From the UHGV virus genome UHGV-0038496: 64,000 bases of DNA; one strand, written 5' to 3'. Shown one piece after another: positions 1 to 8,318 of the stretch. The notes under the pieces are model-generated. The model was given only the letters and a program-made list of their open reading frames with translations. It searched no databases and was not told the DNA's origin. Numbering within the stretch: position 1 is the first letter of the stretch; the number at the start of each line of letters is the position of its first letter. This DNA comes from a virus. Made by a program: the position numbers and the translations under genes.

Positions 1-231
1 GCATCCCCAACGAAGTGCAATAAACTTACTGATTAATTGTGGGCAAGCAACTGAAGGAGCATAGATCCATGCATACCATTCCGGCAGGGTATCGGTGTAC
101 CCCATGTGCAGGAAGACGATAGTCATGGCAAGCATACCAATGTTGGACCACAACTTAGCCTGAGATACCTTATTGGGATCGTCCGGTGCTGCGACCAGCA
201 TCCACAAAAAGGATTTGATTTTCTTGAACAT
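1..231 (-). CDS. Hypothetical small membrane protein, truncated by window edge
   Basis: Minus-strand ATG at 229-231 (MFKKIKSFLWMLVAAPDDPNK...), 77 codons open to position 1; hydrophobic stretch IGMLAMTIVFL; no family recognised. Confidence 0.35.
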   Translation of the reverse strand, partial: MFKKIKSFLWMLVAAPDDPNKVSQAKLWSNIGMLAMTIVFLHMGYTDTLPEWYAWIYAPSVACPQLISKFIALRWGC

Positions 232-241
232 CACCCCTTCT

Positions 242-1306
242 TTACAATGTCTGTACTGTGATCCATTGACCATTTACCAGTTTCTGGAGTGGAGCGGCCC
301 AATAGCCAGCACCACGCAATTGTTTCTTGTTACCATTCTGCCAACCACGCATTACGTAGCCAGCTCTTACACGGTTATCACCTGTACCGTCTATCAGCAT
401 ACCTCCACAACGAACATCGGAGATAGCTGGTTGCGGTAGCGCTAATGTTAAGTTGCCGTTACCATCTGCTGTGGCACCGTTTACTGACCTGCAAACATGT
501 CTTCCACCTACGACGTGATAATTACCACGGGTTGTGTGACTATCGCAGTTAAAACTGTTGGTATGAAGGTTACCACAAGAGGTCTGGCTTGATACAGAAG
601 CTGTACTCCAGATACTAACAGTGTTACCGTTCATAGAACCAGCACGTAAGTTATCAGCAGCGATAATGTCACCTACTACGGACAATCTACCACGGTTTGG
701 AGAGATAGCACACAGTTTCATCAGTGTGAACAGGCTACCACCTACAGGGTGGAATCTGTAGCGGAACCCTTCTGTACCTGTGTAGTAGGATGCTTCAAGG
801 TCTGCTGTACCGTAGTTGTCGGACATACGAAAATCGAAATAGGTTTTATCCCCACCTTTATACCCAGGGGTATCTGCAATCGTGGAACAGTAAATCGCAC
901 AAGTATCTGTATTGGCAGATGTGAAATTAATCCTTGTAACCCCTAAAGTCATGTTACCTTTCAAGGTATCCCCTGTCAGGTGAACATAACGGTCATCCAT
1001 CTCCGCTATTGTCAGGCAACCAAGATTTTCCCTTGCAGCAGCTTTGTCCGGTATCTCTGCCAGGTTGTTAGCAACTCGTAAAAAACGGTCATCCCACCCT
1101 GGGATGGCCTCTTCGTTCATGTATTTCAGCCAGTTACCAATCATGTTGAACTCAAAATTCATATGCTCAACAGCAATTTTCTGACTGAAGTCCCAACCCG
1201 CTAACCTCCGTTCATCATTGGGCTGGACCTTATTCAATTCTCGTGTGGTGTCAAGCAGTGCATCCTGATATGCCCACACCTCAAGTGGATAAGTCGGTTT
1301 TGGCAT
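242..1306 (-). CDS. Tail fibre tip protein, paralog A
   Basis: 354 aa; GDT(L/M)xG fibre motif; N- and C-terminal ends conserved with 2345..3385, last 34 aa (RGAGYWAAPLQKLVNGQWITVQTL) almost identical. Confidence 0.75.
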   Translation of the reverse strand: MPKPTYPLEVWAYQDALLDTTRELNKVQPNDERRLAGWDFSQKIAVEHMNFEFNMIGNWLKYMNEEAIPGWDDRFLRVANNLAEIPDKAAARENLGCLTIAEMDDRYVHLTGDTLKGNMTLGVTRINFTSANTDTCAIYCSTIADTPGYKGGDKTYFDFRMSDNYGTADLEASYYTGTEGFRYRFHPVGGSLFTLMKLCAISPNRGRLSVVGDIIAADNLRAGSMNGNTVSIWSTASVSSQTSCGNLHTNSFNCDSHTTRGNYHVVGGRHVCRSVNGATADGNGNLTLALPQPAISDVRCGGMLIDGTGDNRVRAGYVMRGWQNGNKKQLRGAGYWAAPLQKLVNGQWITVQTL

Positions 1307-1386
1307 GTTTTCTCCTGACTAAAATTCTTGACATTATTTTAGCACTAAACTCCTCAAAATGCAACCAGAGGCTTCCTTGCCGTTGG

Positions 1387-1701
1387 TTATTTCTCCTTGT
1401 TACTCAGGAGAATCTGGATAATTTGTTGAATGTCGCTCCGCAATCCATTAACGTCACTTTTGACCTCTTTCCTTAACTCGTCAAGGTTATCTTGAATATC
1501 TTTAAGACGCTGGTTCAACACCGCGTCAAGTCTATCTTTTGTAACCATATTGCTTTTCACCAAAATAAGGTCCTTCTCTAAATCATCCAATCTTTTAGAG
1601 ACGGCTTTCCACTTTACGTGCCACTGACCAAAAATCCAGACACCTATCGGGACAATAACGCTCATGATTATCTCAAAAAGCGTACCAAAGTCCAGTTCCA
1701 C
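1387..1701 (-). CDS. Membrane-anchored coiled-coil protein (unknown function)
   Basis: 104 aa; N-terminal hydrophobic helix IIMSVIVPIGVWIFGQW followed by heptad-rich charged region. Confidence 0.45.
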   Translation of the reverse strand: MELDFGTLFEIIMSVIVPIGVWIFGQWHVKWKAVSKRLDDLEKDLILVKSNMVTKDRLDAVLNQRLKDIQDNLDELRKEVKSDVNGLRSDIQQIIQILLSNKEK

Positions 1702-1710
1702 ATTACCTCC

Positions 1711-2328
1711 TTAGAAGGCTGGGCGATCAGGGATATGTATGTTAGGGGCTTTGTTTATATCAATCTCCAGTAGGTGAATCCTGTAAAGTTTCAGTTCCTT
1801 AACAAACTGCTCCTGTTCAGGAGATAGTATATAATCCAAGTCCAGCATGTCGCTGAAAGCTCCAAGCCTTGCTGTAGCCCATTGCAATTCTTCTTCAATG
1901 ATCTGCTGTGCAGCATCGATGTAAGGTTTGTTATCAACAACAAATTTCTCACCATCCCAGCGGTAGGCATTGATCATGTTCTCAATGTCTTCCGGGAACT
2001 CCTCTCGTTTACCGTGCAGGACTTGAAGACCATCACTGGGGAAAATACCTGCGGGATCTGTGGTTACAATTTTCAGTAAACCATCGGATTCTATAACTGC
2101 GAACAGGTATTCTACTCCAGATTCCTGGGCAATTTGCTGTAATTCTCGTGTCTGGGCGTACCAGTCACCGTGCTCATTGCGAAGGAAGTAAGCAGAATAA
2201 CGAGCGTAATCTTCAATCTCCTGCTCTGTTAATTCCAAGGTTTGTGGCTGATCTTCATCGAGAGCCAACACCATCGGGCGAGGCTCTTGCGGATCATACA
2301 GCTCAAAACCTGTAGCCATTTTGATCAT
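1711..2328 (-). CDS. Tail fibre assembly chaperone (Tfa-like)
   Basis: 205 aa directly downstream of fibre gene B; C-terminal motif LKLYRIHLLEIDINKAPNIHIPDRP resembles the conserved Tfa C-terminus (lambda Tfa family). Confidence 0.6.
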   Translation of the reverse strand: MIKMATGFELYDPQEPRPMVLALDEDQPQTLELTEQEIEDYARYSAYFLRNEHGDWYAQTRELQQIAQESGVEYLFAVIESDGLLKIVTTDPAGIFPSDGLQVLHGKREEFPEDIENMINAYRWDGEKFVVDNKPYIDAAQQIIEEELQWATARLGAFSDMLDLDYILSPEQEQFVKELKLYRIHLLEIDINKAPNIHIPDRPAF

Positions 2329-2344
2329 AATATGTAACCCTCAA

Positions 2345-3385
2345 TTATAGTGTCTGAACGGTAATCCACTGTCCGTTAACAAGTTTCTGTAGCGGAGCTG
2401 CCCAGTAACCTGCACCACGGAGTTCTTTTTTGTTACCGTTAGCCCATCCTCTCATAACATAACCCGGACGTACCCTATTATTAGAAACCCCATCGATCAA
2501 CATACCGCCGCAGCGAATATCCTGAACGCCTGAAGCTGGGATACTGATAGTCAAGTTACCATTACCATCCGCGTTCACACCGTTGACTGAACGAACTACA
2601 TGGCGACCACCAACCACACAATACTGGCTACGGACTGTCATGTTATCGACGTTGGAACCACCGTTAGCATAGAAGCTACCTGTGGTCAACTGGCTCGATA
2701 CGCTGACGTTACCGAAGGAAGCTGTACCAGTAATGGTGACTGTGTTGGAACGCACGTTGTCCTGTGCTTCAATGTTACCAATGACTTTGAGAAGTGCACG
2801 GTTAACAGAGATAGCATTCAGATGCATCAGTGTAAACTCTGGGTTGATATCCGGTTGTGTAGGTTGGAATCTCCAACGGAAAGCATCAACTATGGAAGTA
2901 CCACCATCGTCGAATGAACCAACGTTATCCATCAAGCAGAAGTCTAACAAGGTTTTATCTGGACTGATTGTGGTTTCTATCCACGCCGCATCTGTTTCCG
3001 CTGCCGCAAAGTTAATGCGTTGCAATCCCAGAGGACCTGTCATTGTGTCACCAGTGATCTTGACGTAACGTGCGTCAGTCTCAGCTTTAGTAACAATGCC
3101 GAGGTTTTTACGGGCAATCTCTACATTCAAAAGATCGCTCAAGTTGTTGTCCTTAATAAGATAACGTCCTTCCATAGACGGGATCTGATCTTCGGAAATG
3201 TATTTGGCCCAGGTAGCCAGCATGTTGATGAGGTAGTTCAACTCTTCACATGATGGTTTCTGCCCTTTATCCCAACCTTTTCTCCAGAGATCGTCAATAG
3301 GACGCATCTTATTCTGTTTATGGGAGTTGGGGAGGATTTGATCCTCCGCAGCCCATATCTCTAAAGGAAAACTAGGTTTAGCCAT
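2345..3385 (-). CDS. Tail fibre tip protein, paralog B
   Basis: 346 aa; ITGDTMTGPL motif; shares N- and C-terminal blocks with 242..1306. Confidence 0.75.
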   Translation of the reverse strand: MAKPSFPLEIWAAEDQILPNSHKQNKMRPIDDLWRKGWDKGQKPSCEELNYLINMLATWAKYISEDQIPSMEGRYLIKDNNLSDLLNVEIARKNLGIVTKAETDARYVKITGDTMTGPLGLQRINFAAAETDAAWIETTISPDKTLLDFCLMDNVGSFDDGGTSIVDAFRWRFQPTQPDINPEFTLMHLNAISVNRALLKVIGNIEAQDNVRSNTVTITGTASFGNVSVSSQLTTGSFYANGGSNVDNMTVRSQYCVVGGRHVVRSVNGVNADGNGNLTISIPASGVQDIRCGGMLIDGVSNNRVRPGYVMRGWANGNKKELRGAGYWAAPLQKLVNGQWITVQTL

Positions 3386-3398
3386 TTATTTCTCCTGA

Positions 3399-5477
3399 TT
3401 ATGAAAGGTCTGGTGGTGTCACATCTTCTGTGTAGCTTTTAAGGGCTGTCTGCCCCATGTGAACAACAGTTGACTCTTTCGCACTGAATGTGATACTATC
3501 ATTCATAAGTTGAGGATAAGCCCATACGTACTGCTGTACTTCTGGGTAATGATACTCAGTGGTGCAGATATTACCACAGATCATTCTCCACAAAAATTCC
3601 TGATAGTTCTTCTCTGGGTCATAGCCATACACCGGAGCTAAATCTTTACCTGGTACAAACCCTGCGAGGTAGTGGATTTCGTTCCTGTTCCACCCCAAGG
3701 TTTTACGAGGATGTTCGATAGCTTCGAATGAACGTTCTATTTTCCCATTCATAACCCAATCATAGCATTCTGAACAGAAGAAGTCAAGTACTCCTGACTC
3801 TTTCTTGTACTCATCCGGCAGGTTAAGTTTTTCCATCACTGTACCAACAATGGTGGGATAGAAAACAAGGACTGTAACCTGAGCGCCAGGGAATGCTGCT
3901 TTAATTCCGGCAGAGATTGTTGCAATTCTCTGACCGAATTTTTTACGACAGAATGCGATGTACCTGTCATAAACACCACCAGTTAATGGTTTGTCAATGG
4001 TGCCCATGTCAAGTGCATACTCTCCTGTTTCCCTGTAGAACAGCTCTTTTGTGGTGTAGTCGTAAATACAAGGCTTGCGAGAGTCTGTATTGTACCACCA
4101 CCACGGTTCGCCAATCTGCATAATAACAGGAAGGTTTTTACTTTTCAAGATCTGAGCGAAGTTTTTAAAGACGCTCAGCAGGAATGTCATACCCCCTTCG
4201 ATACAAGGCGATAACAGGTAGCTGCAAGGTGTATACCCTGTCTTAGCGTAGCTATCGTCCCATTCGCGTTGAGTCCATTCCAGAGGACAGGCATCACTAT
4301 AAAGCTCCATGCTGACAGAGAACATTGCATCAGTGAATCCGTAACGAGTCAAATTGTAAGCAAAGTCATCATGCCATGCTTTGGCAGCTTTGTTCAGAGT
4401 ACCTGATCTGTCGATTTCCCATTTGTGAGTTGAGCTTCCCCATGAGTAATTATAATAGTGACTCATACCGCAATAGTGGTTGATTCTACCACGGTAGCCA
4501 AGTTTCTGGAGGTTGTAAAGAACACGCGCTGGGGAAACATTCCACATATCATCGTATGCAGTGCAAGCCCTTAAATCGTGACCTTCTACAGTCAGATCAT
4601 TAAGCTGCATGTATTTCCAGCCAGTGTCCGGCTCCAGCATATCAATGCGAAGTTCACAGTCAACATTAGTTGTGCGAACGTCTGTGCTGTTGGCAACATA
4701 ATCCTTAGGCATTAACGGGATCAGGATCTTGCGAACCTGACGAGGGTCAACTGCCACCAAGTAATTATTTTTGTCAACACCCAGACAATCCTCAAAATTG
4801 AGGTGAATATCTGCTGTGGTTTTATCAGCAGAAATGTTAGAAGCATAGTCCGACATACGGACGTAAACTATTGTACCATCAACAAGAGTGATAGTAATTG
4901 TGGCCTGACCTGGGGTTGTAAAGTCAAGAGCGTTGGTGAACTTGACCCTGAACCACAGCTTGGTATTACGCATCTCATAATGATCATCATATCCTACACC
5001 AAAATGGTCGTATGTGTCAACTGTTTCCCAGATTGCTCCAGACATACCCCCCATCGTACGTGAAGTCATTGTGACAATCACTGTGGAGTTGTCTGACTTG
5101 ATCGATGTACTCTCAGTCGGCTGGCAATTTGTTACCCAGTAGCGTGGGTGGAACATTCGTTCTTCTCGTGTTCCCCATTCAAGTCTGCTCAAATCTTCTC
5201 GTGAAATGATCGTGCATTTTGCTTGTTTGGTCCCAATTACCGTCCCCTGTGAGGGGGTATGGAACTGCATATAGAAGCTACGAGGCAGTCTGTTAGGTTT
5301 TTTATCCACAATATTAACAGGGATATCCACAAAAGCAGAATCCACTGGGATGATCGCCTTGCCTTCGACGTGAGTGTAATCACGCCCAGGCACAGCGGTA
5401 TCTGCCAGGGTGTTATACATAAATTCTGCCTGGAGTGTGGTGTAATCCCTGTAAGTTCTGAATACAGCGGTTGCCAT
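3399..5477 (-). CDS. Large tail/baseplate-associated structural protein
   Basis: 692 aa ORF in tail-fibre/baseplate block, Trp/Tyr-rich; function not recognisable. Confidence 0.5.
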   Translation of the reverse strand: MATAVFRTYRDYTTLQAEFMYNTLADTAVPGRDYTHVEGKAIIPVDSAFVDIPVNIVDKKPNRLPRSFYMQFHTPSQGTVIGTKQAKCTIISREDLSRLEWGTREERMFHPRYWVTNCQPTESTSIKSDNSTVIVTMTSRTMGGMSGAIWETVDTYDHFGVGYDDHYEMRNTKLWFRVKFTNALDFTTPGQATITITLVDGTIVYVRMSDYASNISADKTTADIHLNFEDCLGVDKNNYLVAVDPRQVRKILIPLMPKDYVANSTDVRTTNVDCELRIDMLEPDTGWKYMQLNDLTVEGHDLRACTAYDDMWNVSPARVLYNLQKLGYRGRINHYCGMSHYYNYSWGSSTHKWEIDRSGTLNKAAKAWHDDFAYNLTRYGFTDAMFSVSMELYSDACPLEWTQREWDDSYAKTGYTPCSYLLSPCIEGGMTFLLSVFKNFAQILKSKNLPVIMQIGEPWWWYNTDSRKPCIYDYTTKELFYRETGEYALDMGTIDKPLTGGVYDRYIAFCRKKFGQRIATISAGIKAAFPGAQVTVLVFYPTIVGTVMEKLNLPDEYKKESGVLDFFCSECYDWVMNGKIERSFEAIEHPRKTLGWNRNEIHYLAGFVPGKDLAPVYGYDPEKNYQEFLWRMICGNICTTEYHYPEVQQYVWAYPQLMNDSITFSAKESTVVHMGQTALKSYTEDVTPPDLS

Positions 5478-6166
5478 TAAGCCTCCGTAACGATAGTTGC
5501 GTCAACAACAATATTTTCACACCAAACAGTGGTGGAACCCCAATCAGGCCGTTCATCCGGTACATAAACCAGAGTAGCAATACCGTCTACCCCGAACTGC
5601 TCATCGTCCCAGACTGATCCAAATCCAGCAGCTGTATCATCTCCAGCAAAACCAAATGCCCTGCCCTGTGATTCTGTCAATCTCAGGTGAGTTGGCAGCG
5701 GCATCATATCAAGGATCTGATCAACTGCCTGACTAATGTCGAAGCAAGTTTTCCTGACGTTAATGTCGAATCGGAAGTTGTCCCCAGCCCATGTATCGAA
5801 ATTGTTTCTGCCCAGCAGCTGTTGTAGCGTAGAGATCACATCCTCACGCGTACCACCACGGGACAAAGATGCCTGTTGAATAATAAGTGTAGCACGATAG
5901 TCTGCATCTTGCAAGCCATTTCTTTTTATGCCAAACTGCTTACCAATCTCATCAAAATATTTACCGCTGGCATTGTTAAGTAGACGGCCTTCTGCAAGAG
6001 CAACTAACATCTCATCAACAGTCTGCAACCTTTTAAGGTAGATAGACAGGAACGTTGTCAGGTCTTCTTTCTCTCTCAGAAAATCGCCGGGGAGGTAATC
6101 CAGACCTCCCTCAACGAAATCTGGCAGAGTGTGAATGTGGTTAACATCTATTTTCTTCTCTGCCAT
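5477..6166 (-). CDS. Hypothetical baseplate-module protein
   Basis: 229 aa, start overlaps upstream stop (operon coupling). Confidence 0.5.
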   Translation of the reverse strand: MAEKKIDVNHIHTLPDFVEGGLDYLPGDFLREKEDLTTFLSIYLKRLQTVDEMLVALAEGRLLNNASGKYFDEIGKQFGIKRNGLQDADYRATLIIQQASLSRGGTREDVISTLQQLLGRNNFDTWAGDNFRFDINVRKTCFDISQAVDQILDMMPLPTHLRLTESQGRAFGFAGDDTAAGFGSVWDDEQFGVDGIATLVYVPDERPDWGSTTVWCENIVVDATIVTEA

Positions 6167-6175
6167 AACTCCACC

Positions 6176-7666
6176 TTAAATGATTTGCTGGAATGTGATG
6201 TTGTTTTCATCAAGGTCAAACACCTCTGACATTGCAGCTGTAATGTCAGTAGCTGTATAAGCCTCATCTGAAGCACCAATCGGTTTCACATGGATGCTCA
6301 ATTTGTTAAAACGACCGATACTAACAGCAGCAGAAGCAGCACCTACAAGCTGAATGTTGTAAAGCGTATCTGCAATATCGAGGCCGTTAACAACTGCCAT
6401 CATGGCATCTATGATTGATTCTTTTTCGGTAGCAGAAAGTGCCACACCGGAATACGTTACCTTAACGTCCAGACGGTAAGTATTTGCTTTGGAGTAGTAA
6501 ATTCTTTCCACCTGACCATCTGAGGTGTTGATATCGTAGAACAGGTTACCGTAAGTCCTGTTCGTACAAGCAACCGTATCATACAGAGCCTGACAAATAT
6601 CAGCAGTGGAGCCACCAAACACAACCACCTGGAACTTATAAGGCGGGATGCCTAAGTTGTTAGTCTTATCTGTGTTGTTGGTGAATACCCTGACTTTACT
6701 TACCCCAGCCACATTGTGAATCGCACTCAGGATCGCAGGACGAGTAGCTTTAGCAGTTACCGTGTTGGTGCTTGTAGCTCTCAGGCGATACTCAGCGTCT
6801 GTCTCTACGTTTGTACCTTCGTTGAACATCTCTCTGTTGGTGAGGGAGATGAAACCACTAGGTGTCGGAGAGATCGTGGTAACAGTGTTTGCTTCACGGG
6901 ACATTTCACCTGCTTCAGAAGCGATGACTTCCAGCACGACTGTACGTTCACCAACAATCGGAGAAATACGGAAGTCAACTTTACTGTTCAGGCCTACACG
7001 TTCAAGAGTGGCATCATAGCCAATCCACAACGTACCTGTGGACATATCCACTTGAATCAAATCTTCGTTCAAAAGCGTGGAGTTGTCAACAATAAATTGC
7101 TTGATCTCACCATAGAAACTAACAAGGTCTGTGGAATCCAGTGCCTTATCAGTAAGAATCATGGTTTTGGTAAAAATAGTGCCATCAACCTGATTGGTCA
7201 TCTGGAATATGTATTTACCAATTCTGAGATCCGGTGCTGTTATCTTGTGAGCAATTATGTTGCCTGCTACCTGTGCATTACTTGCGAGTTTGAAGTTACC
7301 ACTGTCAATGCTATAAGTTTCTGTGTCGTAAATCATATTATAAGGGACAGTACTGTTGATTGTCAACTGGCACTGACCAGAAGCCTTAGTACGCCCTCTA
7401 CGATAAACACCTTGTCTCCCCAGTAATTCATCAAGGTAGATGCCTTCTGCCCCGTACAGCGTCTGGGAGGCGTATACAGCAGCCATCATGAGGATTAACT
7501 GGTATTCACGTTCGTTAAAGATTGTGGTGAGCTTGTCAGCAACCGAGTTGCTCTGGACGTTGAAATTATCCCCGAACGCCCTGATCAAGCTCTGCTTAGT
7601 TTCAACGATCAAATCGTTAAGTGTGGGCAATATAAACCCAGCATCTGTTAAACCATATTTAGCCAT
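6176..7666 (-). CDS. Baseplate structural protein (putative)
   Basis: Start set at MAKYGL (codon 22 of the called ORF) with GAGG Shine-Dalgarno; 496 aa. Confidence 0.5.
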   Translation of the reverse strand: MAKYGLTDAGFILPTLNDLIVETKQSLIRAFGDNFNVQSNSVADKLTTIFNEREYQLILMMAAVYASQTLYGAEGIYLDELLGRQGVYRRGRTKASGQCQLTINSTVPYNMIYDTETYSIDSGNFKLASNAQVAGNIIAHKITAPDLRIGKYIFQMTNQVDGTIFTKTMILTDKALDSTDLVSFYGEIKQFIVDNSTLLNEDLIQVDMSTGTLWIGYDATLERVGLNSKVDFRISPIVGERTVVLEVIASEAGEMSREANTVTTISPTPSGFISLTNREMFNEGTNVETDAEYRLRATSTNTVTAKATRPAILSAIHNVAGVSKVRVFTNNTDKTNNLGIPPYKFQVVVFGGSTADICQALYDTVACTNRTYGNLFYDINTSDGQVERIYYSKANTYRLDVKVTYSGVALSATEKESIIDAMMAVVNGLDIADTLYNIQLVGAASAAVSIGRFNKLSIHVKPIGASDEAYTATDITAAMSEVFDLDENNITFQQII

Positions 7667-7738
7667 ATTTCCTCTCAGTTGGGAGAAACCCTTGTGACCT
7701 ATTTTACCAAAAAACAGCAAAATAGTCAATTACAGATA

Positions 7739-7761
7739 CAAAAAACCCCGCCGAAGCGGGG
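7739..7761 (-). terminator. Rho-independent terminator (minus strand)
   Basis: Hairpin CCCCGC-TTCG-GCGGGG followed by T-run on minus strand. Confidence 0.5.
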
Positions 7762-7786
7762 TAATGTATCAGGAGAAACTTGAATT

Positions 7787-8233
7787 TTATTCTTCCTTGT
7801 TACGCAGTTTTTCAACCACCTGTGTAAGCTCTGCAAGGCTTTTCTCAAGTTCTTGCAAACTTGACACTTGTTGTTCCAGCTCAGCAATCCTGTTCTGTGC
7901 TTCAATCAGTTTAGCTTCCTGCTCTGCAATCAGTAATTGTTCTGTGCTTGGCTCTACAAGCTCTGGTTCTTCCATTTCCAGAGATAGAGGCATAATTGCA
8001 GCTTCCATTGCTTCATCAAAATAATCCACCAAAGCCCATTCTTCCAGCTCAAAATCGAAAATTGCCATCTGGCCTTCAGGAATTACATCCGGCGGGGCAA
8101 TTGTTGTGCACAGTGCAGGCAATCCGGTGTGAGGTGGAATTTGGATATCCACTTCGTTCACGAAGGCAAATGTGTCATTTGTCACATTGTAAACGTGAAC
8201 AACTTGCATTTCATCTGACATTTCAAAAGCCAT
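7787..8233 (-). CDS. Hypothetical acidic coiled-coil protein downstream of long fibre gene (possible fibre chaperone)
   Basis: Start at MAFEM with GAGGG Shine-Dalgarno; C-terminal coiled coil. Confidence 0.4.
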   Translation of the reverse strand: MAFEMSDEMQVVHVYNVTNDTFAFVNEVDIQIPPHTGLPALCTTIAPPDVIPEGQMAIFDFELEEWALVDYFDEAMEAAIMPLSLEMEEPELVEPSTEQLLIAEQEAKLIEAQNRIAELEQQVSSLQELEKSLAELTQVVEKLRNKEE

Positions 8234-8318
8234 AGTTTTAACCCTCATGATTGAAGCGTTTGTTAATCTCTGCAACAGCAGAGAGGATTAACGTTTTCAT
8301 GCAATCCTCTCTTTTCTG

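Noticed and set aside
1387-1701. This TM plus coiled-coil protein as the i-spanin
   Set aside because: No adjacent or embedded lipoprotein partner; a better spanin pair (i-spanin-like plus lipobox lipoprotein with overlapping start/stop) is present at 41079..41791.
242-3385. Diversity-generating retroelement targeting the duplicated fibre genes
   Set aside because: No reverse transcriptase gene and no template/variable repeat pair with adenine-specific mismatches; the two genes are diverged paralogs.
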